DNA from: Candidatus Marinacidobacterales bacterium
GTDB lineage: Bacteria; Acidobacteriota; Vicinamibacteria; Marinacidobacterales; SMYC01
Assembly: GCA_965224085.1 (NCBI GenBank)
Contig: CBDCYI010000004.1
Location: forward strand, 1,728,001 to 1,792,000
Direction: 5' to 3'
DNA length: 64,000 bases
Shown: positions 52,354 to 61,408 of the stretch, one piece after another
Layout of the letters: each line of letters begins with the position of its first letter
Numbering within the stretch: the stretch's first letter is position 1
Program-made: the position numbers and the translations under genes
Notes under the pieces: model-generated
Seen by the model: only the letters and a program-made list of their open reading frames with translations
Databases searched by the model: none
What the model was told of the DNA's origin: nothing

Positions 52354-53459
52354 GCTACGAGGCAACCGTCGTCCGAGCGTGGCAGGATTTTCATCTGTTT
52401 TCAGCTCTGCTCGAGCTCACTTATCGATGTAACCTCGACTGTTCGTTCTGCTATAACGACCTGGAGCTCGAAGGCGAGCCGCTTCGATTTTCCCAATACG
52501 AGCTTTTGCTCGAGGAGCTTCGCGAGCTCGGCTGTTTGCATCTAGGCCTTTCCGGCGGGGAGCCGTTGGCTCATCCTGATTTTTTTGCGATCGGCAAAAG
52601 AGCTCGCGAGCTCGGCTTCGTGACGCGTATCAAGTCGAATGGCCACGCGCTCGGCGGCGAGATTTTGCGCCGCGTAGAGCGCGAAGTCGATCCCTTCGTC
52701 GTCGAGATAAGTCTTCACGGAGCTATCGCGAGAACCCACGATCGCCAGACGCGCGTCAGCGGGAGCTTCGATCGCCTGATATCGAACCTGGCCGAGATGC
52801 GCGAGCGTCACTTGCGTGTCAAGCTCAAATGCGCGTTGACCCGGTGGAACGAGAGCGAGATCGAAGAGATGTTTGCGATCGCCGACAGATTCGAGATGCC
52901 GCTCGTGATCGACCCAGAGGTCACACCCCGCGACAATGGAGACCTCGAACCGTTGCAGCTCACCGCGTCGCCCGAAGGCTTGAAGCATCTCGTCGCGGTG
53001 CAGTCACGACGTGCGCTCGCGGCGCGCGCCGAGATCGCACGCGAAGGAGAGGCCGACGCCCCGGACTCAGACAGGCATTGTGGGGCTGGAACGGCAGGCA
53101 TCGCCGTGGACCCCTACGGAAACGTCTATCCCTGCGTCCAATGGCGGCGTCCGATTGGAAACGTTCACCAGAGCCGCCTCGCCGATATCTGGAGTGACAA
53201 CGCGCGACTCGATGAAATCCGGCATTTGACGGTCGAAGCGAAGTCGATGCTCGGTGATAGGGAGGAGGCGCCGTTGCTCGCTTTTTGTCCTGGTATCGCG
53301 GAAAGTCTGACCGGCGATCCTCTCGTCGTGCCCGAAGCGGCCTCGAAACGGGCGGCAATACTCGCGGAAGCGGTTCTCCCTCTACATCCATCTAGCCGTC
53401 TCAGAACGTCTCTCGCTGTCCCTCCCGATCCCACCGTTTCGATAAAATCAACTACATAG
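52350..53459 (+). CDS. Radical SAM enzyme with SPASM/Twitch-type C-terminal domain (true C-terminus may be near 53390)
   Basis: ELTYRCNLDCSFC, SGGEP, SNG, CGAG..VDPYGNVYPC, FCPG; GTGA overlap with pqqD. Confidence 0.92.
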   Translation: MSYEATVVRAWQDFHLFSALLELTYRCNLDCSFCYNDLELEGEPLRFSQYELLLEELRELGCLHLGLSGGEPLAHPDFFAIGKRARELGFVTRIKSNGHALGGEILRRVEREVDPFVVEISLHGAIARTHDRQTRVSGSFDRLISNLAEMRERHLRVKLKCALTRWNESEIEEMFAIADRFEMPLVIDPEVTPRDNGDLEPLQLTASPEGLKHLVAVQSRRALAARAEIAREGEADAPDSDRHCGAGTAGIAVDPYGNVYPCVQWRRPIGNVHQSRLADIWSDNARLDEIRHLTVEAKSMLGDREEAPLLAFCPGIAESLTGDPLVVPEAASKRAAILAEAVLPLHPSSRLRTSLAVPPDPTVSIKSTT

Positions 53460-53499
53460 AGATATCGCCGTTCGCGAGCCGCAGCCTCGCAAGAAGAGG

Positions 53500-53690
53500 T
53501 CATGCTCTGTCCGGCGACCGGAGCTTCTCCAGGAATCTGCCCATGTGAGGGTGGCTACGGTCGAGTGGGACTGCGTCCTTGTGAAACCATCGTACGCTCC
53601 GAAACTCGGATTCATCGAACACTAGGTTCTGCCTACGGTCACCCTTCATGACGTACCAGAGGCTCACACCGGTATGACCCGCCAACAGAT
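53500..53690 (-). pseudogene. C-terminal fragment of a NUDIX-like hydrolase
   Basis: AGHTGVSLWYVMKGDR..FDESEFRSVRWF..HPHMGRFLEKL; no N-terminus. Confidence 0.5.
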
Positions 53691-54020
53691 ATCTGCTACG
53701 ATGAGCCACTTTTGCCCGCCCGAAACTCGGCTTCGAAGGAGCATGTGGGCGCAATTCGAGCGTGACGTTGAGCGAGGTGCTCCGACGAGGCCGGGTCGTC
53801 ACGTGGTTTTCCGGATATTCACGAGGAATCGAAGCTACAGGTTTCGTGCGTGGTGGTGCAGCCGACGCGAAGGATGACGACGAGCCGACCTTTCTTGCAC
53901 TCAGGGCGGACGTCGGATTCGGTATCGGTGCCTACGGAGTATGGGGCTGAGGGGAGCGTTCTATACTCGCGGAGTGGTGCTTCCTCTACATCCGGTACAG
54001 CGCAGCTGATGATTAGGCCC

Positions 54021-54200
54021 TTACGATCTCTGGGCGAGGGGACAGGTGCCTACCGTGGCTTTGGCGGGAGGCGACGGGGTGCACAACGCGGCCATGGCTT
54101 CGAGGGGTTCGCGGTAGAGTATCTCGGGACGGCGGTAGGCCTTTTTCTTGGCCGTCCCGTTCCCCCGCTCCTTCTTGTTGCGACTGTTGTCTTGCTTCAT
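54021..54200 (-). CDS. Candidate RiPP precursor peptide, 59 aa: MKQDNSRNKKERGNGTAKKKAYRRPEILYREPLEAMAALCTPSPPAKATVGTCPLAQRS
   Basis: Translated by hand (not in the ORF track, whose shortest entries are 60 aa); AGGTGG RBS 4 nt before ATG; KKKAYRRPEI leader motif; Cys40/Cys53; next to PqqD and rSAM genes. Confidence 0.8.
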   Translation of the reverse strand: MKQDNSRNKKERGNGTAKKKAYRRPEILYREPLEAMAALCTPSPPAKATVGTCPLAQRS

Positions 54201-54257
54201 GGATCCACCTGTTTTTCTAGTTTGATAACACGCTCTTTCCGGACATCGTCAGGACAG

Positions 54258-55428
54258 TCAGTGGGCTAGCATCATGAAGAAGTTCACCATTAGCCGATTC
54301 TTCTCGAAGAGGACGACGTTCGAGCGGCGTTCCAGATACTCCGTAGTGACGCCGACGTCCAACCCCCGGCGTATCCTACAAGTGAGCGAGAGACGATAAG
54401 TGATGTGCTCGTCCATGATTCGCCTATGGAGCTGCCACCGAAAAGAGCCGCCGAAGCGTTGCTCGATGAAGTAGGAGTTCTTCACTGAGAACGGACGTCA
54501 CCGCGTCGCGGGAATAGATTCCCGCCAGCCGATGCCCCCCACTCGCAACGTACGTGACGTCCACGGAACCGATGAGGCCCGCATATTCGACACGGTTCGC
54601 ATCCACGGGGATGAGTCGGCGAAAACCGAGAAGAAGTTGCCCGGAGAGGCCTGCGGAAGGGCTCAAGGGTACGATGGAGCCCGACGACAATGTGGGAGAA
54701 AAATCAAAGCCGGCACGCATCCCGTAAGAATCACTATCCCGGGTCGGGTCGTCGATATCGAGCTTCTCGTAGAAGATGTCGGCGAGGGCGTTCGTTTTGG
54801 CGCTCACCCGGCGTGAGAGATTCATGGATACGGAGTCTCGGACGAAGTTGAGACGATCGAGGATGGTGCTGTCGTCGTTCGGTGTCTGGATGATCCTCGA
54901 TCGCGTTTGCTCGTAGCGTGCGCTGAGTTGGTGACGCCATCCGAGTGCTAGAGTCATCGCCGCGTCGAACTGGTTGGTGCGCATCTCGACAGGAAAGTCG
55001 AACTCCGTGCTGGGCCGGCGGATGTCGTCCCGAAACTCGTTGTTGATTTGAAGTAGATAGCGGCGCCCACCCCAGCCTCCGCCGAGACGGGTGATGTCGA
55101 AGATGCGGCGCAGGTCGGCGTTGTTCTTGTAGTAAACGAAGTCGACTTCTTGGAACATATCGAGAAACGCATTCGAGCCCATGGGCACAGCGAGCCGTAT
55201 CCCGGGTCCGAGTAGCGCGGCGATGTCGGACTGCGCCGCCGGCGTCGACAGAGCATTCGAGTCGTATCCACCGGAGAATCGAATGCTCGGGGTGGCGTAG
55301 AAAGGACCGAGCTCGAAGAATCCGCTTCGCACGTCAGTAAGGCGCTCTTCGATGAGGTCCACGGATTGGGCGGCGGCCGGAGCGGCGACGAGCAGCGCTA
55401 AGAGCGTGAGACGAAAGCTCCACATCAC
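54258..55428 (-). CDS. EPS-locus outer-membrane beta-barrel protein, frameshifted near 54485
   Basis: Signal peptide; GPFYATPSIRFSGGYDSN; alternating beta-strand pattern; continues NSYFIEQRFGG in another frame. Confidence 0.7.
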
Positions 55429-56585
55429 GCGGCGCCCAGAATGCGACCCACGGTCGTATTTTGAAATACCGCGTCAATCAAACCGCGGTGCCAGTCGAAA
55501 TTCGCCTTCTCCCGAATCAAGCTCGCGAGCCCTTCGCGCCGGGCTAGAGACATGAGCCGCTCGATGCCCCAGTCGCTCATGAGCTTGAAGCTCCGCCGGA
55601 GCTTGAGCCCAGTCTCGATCTCATCCTGCAGAAGATCCCGCCACCGCTTCTCGTACGCGCCGAGGGTCGAGCTGTCGAGACGATCTCGCTCGAGCCCAAA
55701 GGCGATAACGTCGGCCGCGATTTCTCCCGTCAGCATGCCGTAGTAAATGCCGCCGCAAGTCGTCGTCTTGATATGGCCGGCCGCCTCGCCGACGACGACG
55801 ACCCGATCCGCATAGCTCTTCGACAAGAATCCAAGAGGAAGGACACTCGTGCGGGTCTCGCCGGCCAGCCCGTTGATGTCGATGCGCTCCGCAATGTCGG
55901 GCCGCGACAAGAAACGCTTGAGCACGCGAGGTCCGTCGCGGCGACACAGAAGGCCGACTTTCGATCGTTGCCGTCCCAAGGGCACGATCCACGCGAAACC
56001 CTCCGGTGCCCATTTGTGGCCCAAATAGACTTCCACGTGCGATGCAGGAAGCTCCAGCTCGGTTTGGACACCCAAGAGCTTGGCAGGAATGTCGTCGAAG
56101 CCGAGCTTGCTCAGAAGCGGCATGCCGGCTCCCGTCGCCACGACCACCACGCGGCACCTCAGAGCCTGTGGCTCCAAGCCCGCGCCTACGGACACGGTCA
56201 CAGCGACGCCTCCAAATACGTTGCGGATGTCGGTGACTCGATGCCCCAACAAAACGGTCGCTCCAGCTTCGCATGCCACGACGCCGAGCTCCGCATCGAA
56301 CTCGCTCCGATCGACGACGTGGGCGAGCGGGGTGTCGGTTCGAAACTCCCAGCGCACGCCTCTCGGTGAGACGAACTCCACGCTGTCAAGGCTGTGGCGT
56401 ACGAGACGCGACGACAGATCGAAACGTCCGAACGCTTCCAAGCCGATAATGCCGCTGCAGTTGACGGGGCGTCCAATCTGGACGTGCTCTTCGAGAACGC
56501 CGACATGGAATCCGGCGCGCGCTAGGCTCGCGGCGGCCGTCAACCCGGCCGGCCCCGCGCCGACGATGAGCACATCAAATTCATC
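55425..56585 (-). CDS. Geranylgeranyl-reductase-family FAD-dependent oxidoreductase (start uncertain)
   Basis: DVLIVGAGPAG, PVNCSG, DRSEFD, FAWIVP, VGEAAGHIKTTTCGGIYY. Confidence 0.85.
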   Translation of the reverse strand, partial: DEFDVLIVGAGPAGLTAAASLARAGFHVGVLEEHVQIGRPVNCSGIIGLEAFGRFDLSSRLVRHSLDSVEFVSPRGVRWEFRTDTPLAHVVDRSEFDAELGVVACEAGATVLLGHRVTDIRNVFGGVAVTVSVGAGLEPQALRCRVVVVATGAGMPLLSKLGFDDIPAKLLGVQTELELPASHVEVYLGHKWAPEGFAWIVPLGRQRSKVGLLCRRDGPRVLKRFLSRPDIAERIDINGLAGETRTSVLPLGFLSKSYADRVVVVGEAAGHIKTTTCGGIYYGMLTGEIAADVIAFGLERDRLDSSTLGAYEKRWRDLLQDEIETGLKLRRSFKLMSDWGIERLMSLARREGLASLIREKANFDWHRGLIDAVFQNTTVGRILGAA

Positions 56586-56593
56586 TTTAGCGG

Positions 56594-57214
56594 TCAGAGC
56601 TTCTTCTCCCTTACTTCCCACTTGCCGCGGAAGGTAATCCAAAACGACAGGAAAATGAGTTTGAGATCGAGCCAGAACGATCGATGGTCGACGTAGAGGC
56701 GATCGAAGCGAAACTTCCGCCGGCGTGAAATGTCACGCCGTGCGTAAATCTGCGCGATCCCGGTGAGCCCGGGAACGACCGCATGCCGCTCGCCATAACC
56801 TGGGATATCCGAAAGAGCCACGTTGCCGCCGCCTCCGGTCTCGGCTTCGTGAGTCGCGAGCGCTCGAGGGCCGACAAAAGACATGTCTCCTCGAAAGATG
56901 TTCCAAAGCTGGGGCAGCTCATCCATCGCCGTCTTGCGGAGCACTTGGCCTATCGGGGTCACGCGCGGGTCGTGTTCTTGAGCCTGCACGGGACCTTCTG
57001 CGCCATCTGCGTTTAGGATCATCGATCGAAATTTGAAACTCCGGAAAGGCTTGCCGGCCTTGCCCACCCGATCCTGGGCGAAGAAAACCGGGCCACCATC
57101 GCCGAGCTTGATGGCAAGCGCGATGAGTCCACCGAGGGGCGTCGCGAGCACAAGCCCGGTTGCTGAAAGCGCGACATCAAGGCCTCGCTTCGCAAGCGGC
57201 GTGGGCTCGAGCAC
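56594..57214 (-). CDS. Priming sugar-phosphate transferase (bacterial sugar transferase family)
   Basis: KRGLD, FKFRSM, DPRVT, DELPQLWNIFRGDMSFVGPR, PGLTGIAQ. Confidence 0.93.
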   Translation of the reverse strand: MLEPTPLAKRGLDVALSATGLVLATPLGGLIALAIKLGDGGPVFFAQDRVGKAGKPFRSFKFRSMILNADGAEGPVQAQEHDPRVTPIGQVLRKTAMDELPQLWNIFRGDMSFVGPRALATHEAETGGGGNVALSDIPGYGERHAVVPGLTGIAQIYARRDISRRRKFRFDRLYVDHRSFWLDLKLIFLSFWITFRGKWEVREKKL

Positions 57215-58419
57215 CGGGCTCGAGAAGCTCGGCTTCGAATAGGTCGTGATAGGCTCGAGCTTGCTTCCGGCGGTCGAACTGAACACCGGCTCTTCGAGCG
57301 TGGCCGCCGAGCTTGCGGGTGAGTTCTCGATCGCGGTGAAGCCGCGTGATCTCATCGACCATTCCTCCAACGTCGCCCGGGGCAACGACCGCCCCGCAAT
57401 CATATTCGCGGGCAATCGAGGCGACTTCTGTTTCCGGCTCCACCGCCGCGACGTAAGCGCGGCCCGCTGCCAGAATTCCGTAGAGCTTGCTGGGCACGAT
57501 GTAACCCGCAAGCCCGGCTTTCAACGAAACGATGAACAAGTCCGCCGAGGCATAGGACTCCGTCATCCGATCTCTCGGCTGGTACGGAAGAAAGAGAACG
57601 TTTTTCAGCTCGCGGCAACGCACGTCATCCACGAGAGCCTGTCTTCGGACGCCATCGCCAACGAGTAGAAAAAGGATCTCCTCGCGTGATGCGAGTTGCG
57701 CGGCTGCTTCGACCACCATGTCGAGATTCTGGGAAAGCCCGAGATTGCCCGACGACGAATCGGTCCTCGAGCCCGTGCTCTCGAGAGAAGGCGTTGTCCT
57801 TTTCGCCCGGCGTCACGATCGAGGTATCTGCCCAGTTGTGGATGACGGTGATTTTCTCTGGATCGGCGTTCTTGCCGTCGACGAGCCGGCGCTTCATGCA
57901 CTCACCGAGTGCGACGATGCGGTCGGCCCTACGCACGAGAAAGACGTTCACGCGCTGCAACACGGCGTTGACCGTCTCGCTTCGAAAATCTTCGAGAAGG
58001 CTCGCAACTTCGGGAAACACGTCCTGGCACAAGAAGACGAAGCGCGCACCCATCCGTTTGGCCGTCATCCACGCGACGAGCCCGATAATCGGCGGATCGG
58101 TCAGAGCCACGACAACGTCTGCCGGCGGGAGACGGAAGCTCGCCCACGTCGCCGCAAGAAAATATGACACGTAGTTGACGAATCGCCCCAAGAAGCCTCT
58201 CGGGGCGAGCCGCGTGCTCTTGGCGCGAAGGATCGTGACGCCTTCGTGCGTTTCAGAAACGCTGAGACCACGAGGAGCGGCCGCGCCCGGTGCCGGGCCG
58301 GCGACCACTGTAACCTCACAATCATAGTCTCGCACGAGGTCTTGGGTGAGCTCGCTGAGAAGCTGCCCCGTCGCGCCGAGGTCAGGGTAGTATGAGCGGT
58401 TGAAGAACACGACACGCAT
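57177..58419 (-). CDS. GT4 glycosyltransferase, frameshifted by a small deletion near 57750
   Basis: YYPDLGATGQL, TDPP, QDVFPE, HNWAD, GNLGLSQNL, VPSKLYGILAAG. Confidence 0.85.
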
Positions 58420-58422
58420 CAA

Positions 58423-59406
58423 TCAGCGCCTCGCCTGCTCCGAAACCACGTTCTTCACGAGCTGGGCTTCCCGAAACCAAGCGATGGTCCTCGAAAGGCC
58501 TTCGCGAAACCCGGTCGTCGCGCGGAACCCGAAGGTCGTCGCGGCCCGATCGACGCTCAGGCAGCGCCGCGGCTGCCCGTTGGGCTTCGTCCTGTCCCAG
58601 AGAATCTCGCCGGCAAAGCCAATGAACTCGGCGATGAGCGTCGCCAGATCCTTGATTGAGATTTCGAAACCGGCGCCGAGATTGACCGGCTCGGCGCTGT
58701 CATAGGCCATCGTCGCCGCGACCACGCCTCGTGCGCAGTCCTCGACGAAAAGAAATTCTCGCGTGGGCGATCCGTCGCCCCAACAGACGAACTCGCGGTC
58801 GCCGCGCTCAATGGCTTCCTGGCATTTGAGCACGAGCGCTGGGATCACATGGGAGCTCGCGGGATCGAAATTGTCCCACGGTCCATAGAGATTCACCGGC
58901 AACAGATGAATCGCGTTCATCCCGTATTGAGCCCGATAAGCTTGCCCTTGCACGAGGAGCATTTTCTTCGCGAGCCCGTAGGGCGCATTCGTTTCTTCTG
59001 GATAGCCGTCCCAGAGGTCGTCTTCTGAGAAGGGCACTCTGCTGTGCTTGGGGTAGGAGCAAATCGTACCGACGCTTACGAACTTCTCGACGCCGTTTCG
59101 GCGCGCATATTCGATGAGCTGAACGCCCATGATGAGATTCTCGTAGAAAAAGCGGCCAGGATTCTCCCGATTCGCGCCGATGCCCCCGACGACCGCGGCA
59201 AGATGGATCACGATGTCGGGCGCATGGACGCGATAGAGCCTTGCAACCGTCTCTTCCGCGGTAAGGTCATATTCCGCGGAACGTACGATAACGACGTCCC
59301 GCGCACCTTGCGCGATGAGCTCTTCGTAGACGTGGCGGCCGAGAAACCCACCCCCGCCAGTGAGCACGATCCGTTTCGAGCCGAGATCGATTGGCGGTTT
59401 CTTCAT
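58423..59406 (-). CDS. fcl: GDP-L-fucose synthase
   Basis: [59 protein letters not shown]. Confidence 0.93.
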   Translation of the reverse strand: MKKPPIDLGSKRIVLTGGGGFLGRHVYEELIAQGARDVVIVRSAEYDLTAEETVARLYRVHAPDIVIHLAAVVGGIGANRENPGRFFYENLIMGVQLIEYARRNGVEKFVSVGTICSYPKHSRVPFSEDDLWDGYPEETNAPYGLAKKMLLVQGQAYRAQYGMNAIHLLPVNLYGPWDNFDPASSHVIPALVLKCQEAIERGDREFVCWGDGSPTREFLFVEDCARGVVAATMAYDSAEPVNLGAGFEISIKDLATLIAEFIGFAGEILWDRTKPNGQPRRCLSVDRAATTFGFRATTGFREGLSRTIAWFREAQLVKNVVSEQARR

Positions 59407-61209
59407 GACGCTTGTCTCGTTTCCGCGACTGCGGGGGCCGGCACGACTTTCCGCTTGTCAAAGCGCTTCTCGAGGACATGGCTTCCGAGAACGAGCACGT
59501 CCATATCCGTTCGCAAAAAACAGTCGATTGCCTGTCGTGGCTCGTGCACGATGGGCTCGTTCTCGTTGAACGACGTATTCAGGAGCACCGGAACGCCGGT
59601 ACGCGTTTCGAAAGCCTCGAGGAGCCGATGGTAGATTGGGTTTTGCTCCCGACTGACCGTCTGCAATCGCCCAGAGCCATCCACATGAGTTACCGCCGGT
59701 AACACGTCACGCTTGTCTTTCGCAACCGGGTAGACTTGAAGCATGAACGGATCGGGGAGGGCGCCTTCGAAGTAATCGTCCAGCCGCTCTTCGAGGATCG
59801 ACGGTGCAAAGGGCCGAAATTTCTCACGACGCTTGATCTTCGCGTTCAAGATATTGCGCATGTCGGACCGTCTGGGATCCGCGAGGATGCTGCGATTGCC
59901 CAACGCTCGCGCTCCCCATTCCATGCGGCCTTGAAACCAGCCGACGACCTTCCCCGCCGCCAACTTCTCCGCGGTCCAATCGGTCAGCGCGTGAAGCTCG
60001 TGCATCTGCTCGGCCGCGCACGCGCGCTCGAGCTCACCGTCGCGTCCCCGCAGGGCCGCGAGCACGCTGGCATCGTCGAAGGCCGTACCCCAGTAGCCGT
60101 GCTCCATGGTGAACTTGCGGGGCTTTTTCAGAACTTGATGCCACACGAAATAGGCGGCGCCGAGCGCAGTACCGTTATTCCGCGGCCGCGGGCTGGATGA
60201 AAACGTTCTCGAACGGGGTCTCGGCGCGAAGCTTCCCATTGGCAACGCTGTTCATGGCACATCCACCAGCGAGGCAGAGCCGTTTCGATCCGGTACGCGC
60301 GTGCAGCTCTCTCAGAACGTGAAAGGCTGATTTTTCGAAGACTTTTTGGAGCGACGCGGCAATCGCGTGATGCCGCGTTGTCACCTCTTCGTTCGGCGCG
60401 CGAGCGGGGCCGAGCAGCTTTTCGAGCTCTTCGGTAAAAACCTTATCGATGGTGGGCGCCCCGTCACCCCAAGTCATCACCACCTTTTCGGAGCCGTGGC
60501 GGAAATAGCGCATGACGAGTGAAACCTGTCCGTTCTTCTCGAGCCGGACTAGCTTCGAGATCGCCTCTGCGTATTCGGCCTCGCCATAGGGTGCGAGCCC
60601 CATGACCTTGTACTCGTCTCCGTAGCTCGGAAAGCCGAGGAACTGCGTGAACGCAAGATAGAGAAGTCCCAGGGAATGCGGGAAGTAGGTGCGGGCGTGA
60701 ACGTCCAAGCTGCTCCCCGTTCCGTGCGCCATCGACGTACTCACAAAATCACCGAAGCCGTCGATGGCGCAGACGGCCGCCTCCTCGAAAGGCGAGACGT
60801 AGAACGCGCTCGCCAAGTGTGCCGGGTGGTGCTCTACATCGTGAAAGCGCGCTCGAACGTGGGACGGCGAAAGAGAAAGCGTGTAGGCGACCTCCTCGAC
60901 GACGCCTCGCACTTTGGACTGGTTGCGCAAACGGTCCCAAAGAAACGAAACGTTCGGCTTACGGCAAAGCGCGTAGAGAAACTTCCGGCTTATGTGAGCT
61001 TTCGGATCCCTCGAGACGGCGAAGTAGTCGATCTCTTTTCCGTTGATGCCCGCGATCGCGAGGCAGGCGCGGATGGCCTCCGAAGGAAACCCAGCACAGT
61101 GTTTCACGCGGCGAATGCGCTCCTCTTCGACCGCGGCGATGAGCCGCCCATACGAGATCAACACGGCGCTCGCGTCGCCGTGATAGGCGTTGATGCCGAG
61201 AATGTTCAT
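59403..61209 (-). CDS. NodU/CmcH-family carbamoyltransferase, frameshifted near 60178
   Basis: [65 protein letters not shown]. Confidence 0.92.
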
Positions 61210-61408
61210 AGGTCGACTGGCTGGAGAAGCCTCCCCGTAAGACCGAAGTCCCGGAATCGGCGTTTCGCGTGATTTAGAATTGAATCGGATGATTGAAGCT
61301 TTGATTTAATTATACGCAACGGATAAATGGGTGTAAATCCCTGCATGCACGTGCCCACCCGCACAGAATGCTGTATTCTATGAGCACACCCTTTTCAATC
61401 AAGGAATC

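Noticed and set aside
52066-53459. PQQ biosynthesis (pqqD/pqqE)
   Set aside because: No pqqB or pqqC, and the peptide does not resemble PqqA (no C-terminal ExxxY core)
53850-54269. 139-aa plus-strand ORF over the precursor locus
   Set aside because: No motifs or RBS; it is the antisense of the better-supported 59-aa minus-strand peptide gene
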